Made by a program: the position numbers and the translations under genes. Positions 25,587 to 37,440 of a stretch of 64,000 nucleotides of DNA are shown here, piece after piece. Position 1 is the stretch's first letter, and each line of letters opens with the position of its first letter. The stretch is from Mobula hypostoma (taxonomy: Eukaryota): the NCBI RefSeq assembly GCF_963921235.1, contig NC_086097.1, positions 12,400,001 through 12,464,000 of the forward strand, read 5' to 3'. The notes below the pieces were generated by a model. That model saw only the letters and a program-made list of their open reading frames with translations. It was not told the origin of the DNA and searched no databases.

Positions 25587-26182
25587 GGCAGATGATGATT
25601 TGGGTTTAAATGCAAGCCAGTCGGATATCATCGCTATTGGCCCGTAGGAGAATTTTGCTGGTTTGGAAATCTGCCACTCCCCCAACTGCTGCTGCTTGGT
25701 TAGAAGATGTAATGTGTTTTCTGAAATTAGAAAAGATTAAATTCACTTTGAGGGGGTCTGTGAAAAAGTTCTATTCAAAATGGGGACCTTTCTTATCATA
25801 TTTTGGGAGTCTTAAGGAATTACCTACTAGTTGAGGGCATTTGATTGTACTTAGGAAGTTGCCTCCCATTTAACACACTTATACTTTACCTCACAGGGTG
25901 GTTGATGAATTGTAAATATGAGTGTATTTTGGATCATCTGACATGTTGCAGATGTGTATGAGCCGTCGTATTGAAGTAGTGTGGGGGTACGGTTGTGAAA
26001 TGTCCATACTTGTATTTGTGAATTGTGTTGTAGATATATTAGCTGCCATAATATGTTTGGGGAGGGCGGTTGGGGGGGAGGTTTGTTTTGGGGGTACGAT
26101 ACTAAAGCAAAATGGAGGAAAATGTAATCCATTATATATTCTGTATTGTGTCATTCCTTCAATAAAAATAAATATATTAAAA
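25587..26182 (+). mobile_element. 5'-truncated L1 with poly(A) and an 18-bp TSD
   Basis: LLARRRILLVWK...LKLEKIK...KW.PF. AATAAA at 26161. TSD AAAAATCAATAATTCAGT at 25569-25586 and 26183-26200. Confidence 0.9.
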
Positions 26183-26300
26183 AAAAATCAATAATTCAGT
26201 ATCCCTACAATACTACACTGAGGACTGGAATTCTAAGAAATCATTGTTTCAATGCTTTGGTGATTGACAGCTTCACTGAAACATGCTTGTTAGACGTATA

Positions 26301-28806
26301 CAGTGGCATACAAAAGTTTGGGCACCCCTGGTCAAAATTTCTGTTACTGTGAATAGATAAGTGAGTAGAAGATGAACTATCTCCAAAAATCATAAAGTTA
26401 AAGATGAAACATTCTTTTCAACATTTTAAGCAAGATTAGTGTATTATTTTTGTTTTCTACATTTTTAGAGTGAAAAAAAGGGAAGGAGCACCATGCAAAA
26501 GTTTGGGCACCCCAAGAGATTTGAGCTCTCAGATAACCTTTACCAAGGACTCAGATCTTAATTTGCTTGTTATGGCTTGTTCACAGTCATCGTTACAAAA
26601 AGCCAGGTGATGCAAATTTCAAAGCTTTATAAATACCCTGACTCCTCAAACCTTGTTCCAACAATCAGCAGCCATGGGCTCCTCTAAGCAGCTGCCTAGC
26701 ACTCTGAAAATTAAAATAAATGATACCCACAAAGCAGGAGAAGGTGAGAAGAAGATAGCAAAGTGTTTTCAGGTAGCCGTTTCCTCAGTTCGTCATGTAA
26801 TTAAGAAATGGCATTTAACAGGAACGGTGAAGGTCAAGTTGAAGTCTGGAAGACCAAGAAAACTTTCCCGGAGAACTGCTCGTAGGATTGCTAGAAAGGC
26901 AAATCAAAACCCCCGTTTGACTGCAAAAGACCTTCAGGAAGATTTAGCAGACTCTGGAGTGGTGGTGCACTGTTCTACTGTGCAGCGACGCCTGCACAAA
27001 TATGACCTTCATGGAAGAGTCATCAGAAGAAAACCTTTCCTGCGTTCTGTTACGAGAATACACATAAAATTAAGATGTTTGCTGGCCTGGGCTAGCATCA
27101 GTGGCATCAGCAGTTGGTCTGCCACCTGCCCTCAGGGGAAGGAGAGATAAGGAACAATGGAGCAGCGTCTGGAGATGTGTAATGAAGGGATGTGGGAGGA
27201 AGAGCTGTCTGGAGCGGCTCCCCCCCTTTGAACCCTGAACTGTTTGAAGTGATGGACAGGCGATACCCCAGCAGGGGGATAAAAAGGGACAGGTTCGCTA
27301 AGACAGACACACACGCCACCCGAGGTAACGAGACCCTGGAAGCGGTGCGCTTCTCACGAGTGGGTGAGAAGTACCGGACAACGACAAGGGTGGAAAGGTA
27401 CGATCAGCGGGAACCCGGTGTGTGTCCGCCCTTGCCTGGGTGCCGGGTTCACTGCAGAGGATCGACCGCATCTGGAGGAGGGGTCACAGTCGGTGACCTC
27501 AGGTGACATCACCAAGGACCTGCCCAAAAGCTGTTTGTGAGCCATCTCGCTGGTCTGTGAGCCATCCCGCTGGTCTGTGAGTGAAGCAGTGTTCTGAATG
27601 ATCAGTTGTTCCTATTCTGTCTCTCTTCCCCCACCTTGTCCATCGCCATGGCAACGATTACTGCGAACTGAACTACAAACTGGACTGAACTTTGAGTCAT
27701 TTTGAAATTGGTCATTTACCCCTAGACAACGATAGAGCTTGATTGATGCTGTTATCTTAATTCTGTGCACATGTGTGGTTATCATTGTTGAATTGTTGCA
27801 TTTATTATCCTTTCGATTACTGTGTTGCTTGTTTCTTTAATAAAACTTCCTTAGTTCTAGTACTCCAGACTCCAACTGAGTGATCCATTTCTGCTGGTTT
27901 GGCAACCCAGTTACGGGGTACGTAACAGTTCTCACCACAAAATTCAGCGTCAGAAGTTTGCAAAGGAACATCTAAACAAGCCTGATACATTTTGGAAACA
28001 AATCCTGTGGACTGCTGAAGTTAAAATAGAACCTTTTGACCACAATGAGCAAAGGTATGTTTGGAGAAAAAAGGGTGCAGAATTTCATAAAAAGAACACC
28101 TCCTAGAACTGTTAAGCACGGGGGTGGATCGATCATGCTTTGGGCTTGTGTTGCAGCCAGTGGCACGGGGAGCATTTCACTGGTAGAGGGAAGAACGAAT
28201 TCAATTTAATACCAGCAAATTCTGGAAGCAAACATCACACTGTCTGTAAAAAAAAAAAGCTGAAGATGAAAAGAGGATGGCTTCTACAACAGGATAATGA
28301 TCCTAAACACACCTCAAAATCCACAATGGACTACCTCAAGAGGTGCAAGCTGAAGGTTTTGCCATCGCCCTCACAGTTCCCTGACCTAAACGTCATTGAA
28401 AATCTGTGGATAGACCTCAAAAGAGCAGTGCATGCAAGATGGCCCAAGAATTTCACAGAATTAGAAGCCTTTTGCAATGCAATGCATTGGTGAAAATCCC
28501 CCAAACAAGTATTGAAAGGCTCTTAGCTGGCTACAGAAAGCATTTACAAGCTGTGATACTTGCCAAAGGAGGTGTTACTAACTACTGACCATGCAGGGTG
28601 CCCAAACTTTTGCTTCCAGCCATTTTCCTTTTTTGTTATTTTGTAACTGTAAAAGATGGAAATAAAGAAGTAATCTTGCTTAAAATATTAAAGAAATGTG
28701 CCACCTTTAACTTTGTGTTTTGGAAATCAGGTCATCATTTAGTCACTTAGCTATTCACAGCAACAGAAATTTGGAACAGGGGTGCCCAAACTTTTGCATG
28801 CCACAG
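26301..28806 (+). mobile_element. Full-length inactive Tc1 transposon (DD34E, IR/DR), interrupted by a solo LTR
   Basis: TA flanks. TIR CAGTGGCATACAAAAGTTTGGGCACCCC with inner DRs at ~26490 and ~28596. [15 protein letters not shown]...LNVIE (D34E). First catalytic D reads WTAE. Confidence 0.95.
27048..27927 (+). mobile_element. Solo LTR (880 bp)
   Basis: TGTTACG...CGTAACA termini. 4-bp TSD GTTC (27044-47, 27928-31). TATA-like gataaaa ~27278 and AATAAA ~27839. Confidence 0.9.
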
Positions 28807-29051
28807 TAAGCATAATTTGCATTAAAGAGGCAGATTGAGCTGTGAGCCCTCAACATTTTCCATTTCTGTGAGCTAGCTCCATTGACGTTAACCACTGCTT
28901 AGGAGCATGCAACCAAGGATGATTATTAATTTATTTTTTTTTGCTGTTTGTTAGTCTTATTTTATGTATAGTTTTCCAGAAATTCTACTGTATTTTTTCC
29001 TGTAAATGCCTGCAAGAAAATGAATCTCAAGGTGGTATATGGGAACATGTA

Positions 29052-29638
29052 CACTCAGTGGCCACGTCATTAGGTTCATAGGTTCATTTATTATTATCAA
29101 AGCAAGTATCTATTTTATCTCCTGTACTTCCCAACATGGTCACTGAATATATCTTTGTAGTCTTCTGCCGTAGTAACCTATTCACTTCAAGGTTCGACCT
29201 GTTGTGCATTCAGAGATGCTCTTTTGCACACCGCTGTTGTAATGTGTGGTTATTTGAGTTACTGTTATCTTCCTGTCAGCTTGAACCAGTCTGGCCATTT
29301 TCTTCTGACCTCTCTCAATAACAAGGCATTTTTGCTCACAGAATTACAGATCTCTGGATGTTCTGTTTTGTTCTTGCATCATTCCCTGTAACCTTTCGTG
29401 ACTGTTGTGCATGGAAATCTCAGGAGATCAGCAGTTTCTCAGCTACTCAAACCAATCTGTCTGGCAGTAACAATCACTGCACTGTCAAAGTCACTAAGAT
29501 CACATTTCTTCCCCATTCTGATGTTCAGTCTGAACAACAACTGAACCTCTTGACCATGTCTGCATGCTTTTATGCGTTGAGTTGCTGCCACATGATTGGC
29601 AGGGGTACAGATGTACCTAATAAATTGGCCACTGATAT
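29052..29638 (-). mobile_element. Tc1-like internal-deletion derivative
   Basis: Ends cactcagtggcca / tggccactga. Minus strand encodes a decayed N-terminal transposase (GQ..MARLVQADRK.TVTQIT). Confidence 0.75.
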
Positions 29639-29662
29639 TATGTACTTCAATAGTAATTTTTA

Positions 29663-30340
29663 GATGAGATTAGATTATGAGAACACTCAGTCCTCTTTTA
29701 TTGTCATTTAGAAATGCATACATGAATTAAGAAATGATTCAATGTTTCTCCGGAGTGATATCACAGAAAACAGGACAAACCAAAGAGTAACACTGACAGA
29801 ACATAAATATAACATATAGTTACAGCAGTGCAAAGCAATACCATAATTTGATGAAGAACAAACCATGGACAAGGTAAAAATAGTCTCAAAGTCCCAAGTC
29901 GATTGACTCCCAAGTCCCCGATAGCAGGCGGCAAAAGTAAGAAACTCCCTGCCATAAACCTCCAGGCACCATCAACTTGCCGATGCCTTGGAAGCAGCCA
30001 ATCACAACCGACACTGAGTCCGTCCGTCTGAAAACTTCGAGCCTCCGACTAGCCCCCCCATACAGCCTCCCAAGCGCCATCCTCTGCCGAGCGCCTTCGA
30101 CCTAGCCCGGCTGCTGAAACAAGCAAAACTGAGGATTTCTGGGCCTTCTGCTCCGGAGATTCCGGTTACCACACAGTAGCAGCGGCAGCGAAGTGGGCAT
30201 TTCAGAAGTTTTCCAGATGTTCCTCCGTACTCTCACATCCGTCTCCATTAAATCAGAATTGTGCACGGTCCCCTACTTGACAGATTACAGATATCAATCA
30301 TCGGAGAGGCTGCGCACGCTACCGTCGCGTTGCCATCTTC
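29663..30340 (-). mobile_element. Non-autonomous LINE derivative with (TAATC)n tail
   Basis: Minus strand starts AAGATGGC and is CpG-rich. The 3' part is shared with 45735-45950 and 52572-52808. Confidence 0.6.
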
Positions 30341-31491
30341 TGTCTCACACAAATTTTACTTTGATTTTGACTACTTTGACCTTGAGTTTTGTGTTTGCAT
30401 CTGCCATGGTATTAGCATTGGTTTATTATTGTCACACATACCAAGAATTGGCATCATAATATATATAACTAGCCTACTAGGCCGATAAGGAACTTCGCAC
30501 AACCATGCTATCCAGCACCGATACCATACTCGTGAAAATCTTTCCTCACCATGTGACTAGCATAGTGCAAATAAATAAGAAGTTCAAAAATAGAAAGAGG
30601 GGAAAGACATAAACTTACTATAAGTTACAAAATTAAATAAATAACGTACAAAACAGGGAATAATGAGTTAGAGTTAATGGGTTCATTGTAGATCATTCAG
30701 AAATTTGATGGTAGAGAAAAATCTTTCTCTGAATTGTTCCGTGTGGGTCCTCGTGCTCCATAGGTAATAATGAGTAGAGGGCACGTACTGGATGGAGAAA
30801 GTCCTTAGTGATTGATGCCACTTTCTTGCGGTACTATCTCTTGTCCTCGATGGTGGGAAGGATTATGCTAGCTGAGTCTCTGTGATCCTGCTCATTGGAA
30901 ACTCCATACCAGTCTGTGATGCATAAAATGTACAAAGTGTTACATAAATCCAAATCCCCCATCTTCTTTTGACACTGACAAACTGGTGTCACAACAGCAA
31001 CCTTGCACTCCACGTCAATAAAACCAAGGGATTGATTGTGGATCTCAGTAAGAGAAAGTCAAGGGAACACTTACCAGTCCTCATCGGGAGATCAGTAGTG
31101 GATGGGGTGAGCAGTTTTAAGTTCATGCATGTCAAAATCTCTGAAGATCTATTCTGGGCCCAACATTTTGATGCAATTACAAAGAAGGCATGACAATGGC
31201 TATATTTCATTAGGAGTTTAAGGAGACTCGTTGTGATACCAAAGACTTTAGCAAATTCCTACAGGTGTACCATGGAGAACATTCTAACAGATCATGTCAC
31301 CGGTTGGTAGGAAGAGGCCAGGATCAGAAAAAGCTGCAGAAAGTTGTAAATGGGGTCAGGTCCATCATGGGCACAAGCCTCCCCAGCACTGAGGACATCG
31401 TCAAAAGGTAATGCCTCAGGAAGTCTGCATCCATCATTAAGGACCCCTGTCACTCAGTACATGCGCTCTTCTCATTGCTATCATCAAGGAG

Positions 31492-31900
31492 CTTCTCCGT
31501 GGATTGTCACCTTGTTGTGGTGGGAAGCTTGTGTGGTCCTGTGATCCCGAAAGTGATGTCGTCTGGAGCTATGCTCCTGCTGGGGTCACCCATAGCGGTA
31601 AGGTTGAGGGTGAGGTCCCTGACAAAGAACAATCGAACCAAGACCTCAACGGTGGAACAGGCGGACGAAGTTACTTCAAACTCAACGGCTGTGAAGGCGG
31701 ATGAAAGCTGCAACAAGTCCATCAGCTCCAATCGTCGTGGTTTCCATGGTCGATTTGTGAAGTATCGCGTGCTTCTTGGAGTGCAACATCAAGTACACGT
31801 TAAACAAATACATGCACAGGCATCTTCACTCTGTGGGCCACTTCTTTGGAACGAAGACCATCATCCTCGACCTCGAGAGATAGCCACGACCGACGTCCGA
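31492..31900 (+). mobile_element. RTE/Expander-derived non-autonomous retroelement (family B)
   Basis: 10-bp TSD CATCAAGGAG (31482-91, 31901-10). 5' region gtcaccttg..gtggtgg...ggtcaccca resembles RTE 5' UTRs. Confidence 0.75.
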
Positions 31901-31971
31901 CATCAAGGAGGTGGTACAGGAGCCTGAAGACACAAACACTCAACATTTATGGAATAGCTTCTTCCCCTCTG

Positions 31972-32397
31972 CATTCTGCAAAATTCTTAGGCACATACAG
32001 TATGTCAAGTTGGGGTACATAAGACATTGGCACAGTACTATAGTATTTTCATGTATTGCTCTGATATGGGTCTCTATTGTGGTCTGAAAGTGCGAAGGGG
32101 ACAGGGAGAGGGTAATCATGGTTGTGAAAAGGGGAGAGCGGAGGGTGTGGGAAGCACCCCAGACTGACATTCTGTAATGGTCAATCAAACAATTGTCGGG
32201 AATCAAGTGACCTTGCCTGGAGTCTCAGAGCTGGGTGTGTCTCTGCCACTGCTTCCACGGCACTCCATCCCCAACATCCTTTCCCCAAAATCCCAGATTT
32301 ACAAGCTTGTTCTCTGCTCCACATTGACAGATATATTACTGTGCCAAATTCTATGGCACCCTAGCAAAATTTATGTGCCTAAGAATTCTGCACAATG
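31972..32397. mobile_element. MITE-like DNA element, uninterrupted copy of the 9613-11800 family
   Basis: 26-bp imperfect TIRs (31972-31997, 32372-32397). Core is the reverse complement of ~11310-11640. Confidence 0.7.
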
Positions 32398-33196
32398 TTG
32401 TATGTATATACAGTATATATTTGAAGTTCTTTTGTATTATGTTTTGCAATGTACTACTGCCACAAAACAACAAATTTCATGACATATGCCAGTGATATTA
32501 AACCTGATTCTGGTCATAGAGTCAGCTTGATAGTGCAGAACCGTTGCCTTTTATCATCCTCACCTGTGACATACCGCTGCCTGGAAGGTAGATTCTGCTT
32601 TTACTTTTAACATTCACTCCTATGAGCACAGCTGAGCTTTTGCACTAATTAAAAGTTTGACATGCGAGGGAATGCATCTTTTAGCTAGTAGCTGATAATT
32701 AAAATTTTCTCCCCCTACATTCATTTATTGGAATGGAAAACATGTGTTTATTGCTTCGTTTATGTGGTTTTATTTAGGCAGGAATGGAACACACCTTCAG
32801 TGGCAATCTCCTACTTCTCTTTTGCCTTATCTTGATTTGTTTTTTGTCTTTTATCAATGGAATTATCTCGAGCTTGAGTAGGTTTCTCTAAATGAAAGAT
32901 CTACCAGTTTGACAATACTATTTGTTTGTAACTTTAAGGTTACAATGGACAACAAAGATTTTGCTTCCTTATTGCTTTTGGGTGTACTTTATGGACTTCA
33001 GGATGCTGATCTTGAAAATCAGCAAAAAATATCTCTATTAGGCACCATTAAAAAAAAATCAATATTTATTATTTCAATTCTTAATTCAAGTCAATTAAAA
33101 TGTTGTCCACAATATAAGCTGAAAAGTTTACAATCTTCACACATCAAAGTTGCTGGTGAACGCAGCAGGCCAGGCAGCATCTCTAGGAAGAGGTAC

Positions 33197-33232
33197 AGTC
33201 GACGTTTCGGGCCGAGACCCTTCGTCAGGACT
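33197..33232 (-). ncRNA. Minimal type I hammerhead ribozyme (identical to 34421-34456)
   Basis: Exact reverse complement of the 34421-34456 motif. Confidence 0.8.
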
Positions 33233-34420
33233 AACTGAAGGAAGAGCTAGTAAGAAATTTGAAAGTGGGAGGTGGGGCGGAGATCCAAAATTATAGGAGA
33301 AGACAGGAGGGGGAGGGATGGAGCCAAGAGCTGGACAGGTGATTGGTAAAAGGGATATGAGAGGATCATGGGACAGGAGGCCCAGGGAGAAGGAAAAGGG
33401 GGAAGGGACCTGATGGCATGAACATTGACTTTTCTAACTCTTCACTCACCCACCATTCCCATTGGCCATCCCCTCTTAACTCACCCACCATTCCCATAGG
33501 AATAGGGTTCCCCTTGTCCTCACCGACCACCCCACCAGCCTCCGGGTCCAACATATTATTCTCCGTAACTTCTGCCACCTCCAACGGGATCCCACCACGA
33601 AGCACATCTTCCCCTCCCCCATTCTCTGCTTTCCGCAGGGATCACTCCCTACACGACTCCCTTGTCCGTTCGTCCCCCACATCCCTCCCCACTGATCTCC
33701 CTCCTGGCACTTATCCTTGTAAGTGGAACAAGTGCTACACATGCCCTTACACTTCTTCCCTTACCACCATTCAGGGCCCCAGACAGTCCTTCCAGGTGAG
33801 GCGACACTTCACCTGTGAGTCGGCTGAGGTGATATACTGCGTCTGGTGCTCCCGATGTGGCCTTCCATATATTGGCGAGACCCGACACAGACTGGGAGAT
33901 TGTTTCGCTGAACACCTATGCTCTGTCCGCCAGAGAAATCAGCATCTCCCAGTGGCCACACATTTTAATTCCACATCCCATTCCCATTCTGATATGTCTA
34001 TCCACGGCCTCCTCTACTGTCAAGATGAAGCCACACTCAGGTTGGAGGAACAACACCTTATATTCCGTCTGGGTAGCCTCCAACCTGATGGCATGAACAT
34101 TGACTTCTCAAACTTCCGCTAATGCCCCACCTCCCCTTTGTACCCCATCCATTATTTATTTATATACACACATTCTTTTTCTCTCTCTCCTTTTTCTCCT
34201 TCTGTCCCTCTCACTATACCCCTTGCCCATCCTCTAGGCTTCCCCCCCCCCTTTCTTTCTCCCTAGGCCTCCTGTCCCATGATCCTGTCATATCCCTTTT
34301 GCCAATCACCTGTCCAGCTCTTGGCTCCATCCCTCCCCCTCCTGTCTTCTCCTATCATTTTGGATCTCCCCCCCCCTCCTCCTCCCACTTTCAAATCTCT
34401 TACTAGCTCTTCTTTCAGTT

Positions 34421-34456
34421 AGTCCTGACGAAGGGTCTCGGCCCGAAACGTCGACT
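34421..34456 (+). ncRNA. Minimal type I hammerhead ribozyme in a Penelope pLTR
   Basis: AGUC-CUGACGA-A-GGGU(CUCG)GCCC-GAAA-CG-UC-GACU: stem I AGUC/GACU, stem II, palindromic stem III (ACGU), GUC cleavage triplet. Confidence 0.8.
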
Positions 34457-34604
34457 GTACCTCTTCCTAGAGATGCTGCCTGGCCTGCTGCGTTCACCAG
34501 CAACTTTAATGTGTGTTGCTTGAATTTCCAGCATCTGCAGATTTCCTCGTGTTGAAGTTTACAATCTTGTCTAGGCAAGTTTCAGAAAGGCTGTAAATTT
34601 CCAT

Positions 34605-35075
34605 GAAGAATTTCAATATTTGAGACAGATATTTCCCAGAATAACTGATGCCAAGATTAAGTTAGGCAATTTTGTTGGTCCACAAATCAAACTGGTCATC
34701 AATGACAGGTTCGAAGAACTTCTAGTGGGTCTGGAGAAAATTGCATGGAAGGCCTTCAAGGATGTTGTTCAAAACTTTCTTGGCAACTACAGAGCACCAA
34801 ACCACCTGCAGCTGATTAACAACATGCTTCAAACATAGAAAACCATGTCACTAAAGATTCATTTTCTGCATTCCCATTTAGACTTCTGCCCTGCAAATCC
34901 TCGCGCTGTCAGTGACAAGCACGATGAAGGTTTTCACCAGGTCATTGCATTCATGGAGAAACGGTATCAGGGCAACTGGAATGCATTAATGCTGGATGAC
35001 TACTGTCGGACTGTTAAGCCAGAAGCCTCAGACACTGAGTACAAATTAAATTTATCAGCAAAACATTTTTAGCTT
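34605..35075 (+). mobile_element. Chapaev-like (CMC superfamily) transposase C-terminal fragment
   Basis: FPRITDAKIK.G.FVGPQI, AWKAF..VV.NFLGN, MSLKIHFLHSHLDF, AVSD....FHQ....MEKRYQG.W. Confidence 0.7.
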
Positions 35076-35096
35076 AGTTGAGCTGTTGCAAAGCAT

Positions 35097-37440
35097 CATG
35101 CAATCCAATGCATTATGAGGCTGCTTATCAAGTTAAGAGCCCATGGTATTACAGGAAAGTTACTAGCATGTTTAGAGCATTGGCTGATTGGTAGAAGGCA
35201 GCAAGTGGGAATAAAAGGATCCTTGTAAGGTTGGCTGCCAGTGACCGATGGTTTTCCGCATGGGTCGGTGTTGGGATCTCTTCTTATTATGCTGTATATC
35301 AATGATTTAGATGATGGAATAGATGGCTTTATTGCCAAATTTGCAGATGATACAAAGATTGGTGGAGGAACCGGTAATGTTGAGGAAACAGGTCGGCTGC
35401 AGGAGGACTGAGACAGATTAGGATAATGGCAAGAAAGTAGCAAATGAAATACAATGTTGGAAAATGTGTGGCCATGCACTTTGGTGGTAGAAAAAATGAG
35501 CAGACTAATTTTTAAACGGGAAGAAAATCCAAACAACCTGAGATGCAAAGGGACTTGGGAGTCCTTCTGCAGAACACCCTAAAGGTTAACTTGTAGGTAG
35601 TCAGTGGTGAGGAAGGCAAATGCAATGTTAGCTTTCATTTCAAGAGGTCTTGAATACAAGAGCAGAGATGTGATGCTGAGGCTTTATAAGGCACTGGTGA
35701 AGCCTCACCTTGAGTATTGTGAACAGTTTTAAGACCATAAGACCGTAAGACAAAGGAGCAGAAGTCGGCCATTCGGTCCATCGAGTCTGCTCTGCCATTT
35801 TATCATGAACTGATCCATTATCCCATTTAGTCCCACTCCCCTGCCTTCTCCCCATAACCTTTGATGCCCTGGCTACTCAGATACTTATCAATCTCTGCCT
35901 TAAATACACCCAATGACTTGGCCTCCACTGCCGCCCGTGGCAACAAATTCCATAGATTCTCACCCTCTGGCTAAAAAAATTTCTTTGCACCTCTGTTCTG
36001 AATTGGCACCCTTCAATCCTTAACTCATGCCCTCTTGTACTAGACTCCCCCATCATGGGAAACAACTTTGCCACATCCACTTTGTCCATGCCTTTCAACA
36101 TTCGAAATGTTTCTGTGTGGTCTCCCCTCATTCTTCTAAACTCCAAGAAATACAGTCCAAGAGCGGACAAACATTCCTCATATGTTAACCCTCTCATTCC
36201 CGGAATCATTCTAGAGAATCTTCTCTGTACTCTCTCCAACGTCAGCACATCTTTTCTTAAATAGGGAGACCAAAACTGCCCACAGCACTCCAAGTGAGGT
36301 CTCATCAGTGCCTTATAGAGCCTCAACATCACATCCCTGCTCCTATACTCTATTCCTCTAGAAATGAATGCCAATATTGCATTCGCCTTCTTCACCACCG
36401 ACTTAACCTAAAGGTTAACCTTAAGGGTGTCCTGCACGAGGGCTCCCAAGTCCCGTTGCATCTCAGAACTTTGAATTCTTTTCCCATTTAGATAATAGTC
36501 TGCCCATTTATTTCTTCTGCCAAAGTGCATAACCATACACTTTCCAACATTGTATTTCATTTGCCACTTCTTTGCCCATTCTTCCAATCTATCCAAGTCT
36601 CTCTGCAGACTCTCTGTTTCCTCAGCACTACTGGCCCCTCCACCTATCTTCATATCATCAGCAAACTTAGCCACAAAGCCATCTATTCCATAATCCAAAT
36701 CGTTGATGTACAACATAAAAAAAAAGCAGCCCCAACATGGACCCCTGTGGAACACCACAGCCAACCAGAATAGGATCCCTTTATTCCCACTCTCTGTTTC
36801 CTGCCAATCAGCCAACACTCTATCCACTTATGCAACTTCCCCGTAATTCCATGGGCTCTTATCTTGTTAAGTAGTCTCATGTGTGGCACCTTGTCAAAGG
36901 CCTTCTGAAAATGGGCTCGTCATCGAAGAAAAGGTGTGCTGGATTTGGAGAGAGTTCAGAGGAGGTTCACAAGGATGATTTGGGAATGAAAGGGTTATGA
37001 TACAAGGAATATTTGTTGGCTCTGGGACTGTACTCACTGGAATTTAGAACGATGAGGGATGATCTCATAGAAACCTTTCGAGTGTTGAAAAGCCTAGACA
37101 GAGTTGACGTGGAAAGGATGTTTCCCATGATGGGGGAGTCTGGAACAAGAGGACACAGCCTCCATTTAAAACAGAGGTGCAGAGAAATTTCTTTAGCCAG
37201 ACGGTGGTGAATTTGTTGAATTTATTACCACAGGCGGCTTTGGAAGCCAGGTTGTTGGATGTATTTAAGGCAGAGCTTGATAGGTTTTTGAATGAACATG
37301 GCATCAAATGTTACAGGGAGAAGGTTGGGGAATATGGCTGACTAGGAGAAGAAAGGATCGGCCATGATTGAATGGCGGAGCAGACTCAGTTAGCCAAATG
37401 TCCTTATTCTGCTTCTACATCTTATGGTTTTAAGGTCTAT
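35097..37440 (+). mobile_element. CR1 RT/3' fragment split by an antisense CR1
   Basis: KFADDTKIGG and related motifs. Breaks at gaacagtttt (35730) and resumes tgggctc (~36912). Confidence 0.85.
35731..36911 (-). mobile_element. CR1 LINE inserted antisense in a CR1
   Basis: (TGGTCTTA)n tail at 35731-35752. ORFs with KFADD and RPHLECC.QFWSP. Confidence 0.9.

Larger units (their letters stand above)
30965..32515 (+). mobile_element. Rex1/Babar-like RT fragment hosting two insertions
   Basis: WCHNSNLALHVNKTKGLIVD, SFKF..VKISEDL.W, then the 3' UTR with a gattct tail. Confidence 0.75.
33138..34554 (+). mobile_element. Penelope element, 5'-truncated, with an inverted upstream pLTR
   Basis: 14-bp TSD AAGTTTACAATCTT (33124-37, 34555-68). 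GIY-YIG ORF ends at 34122. 33138-33405 is the reverse complement of the downstream pLTR. Confidence 0.92.

Noticed and set aside
25470..25685. 5'-inverted (twin-primed) L1 suggested by the minus-strand ORF containing LIFG
   Set aside because: The plus strand reads L1-like directly from the TSD at 25587, so no inversion is needed.
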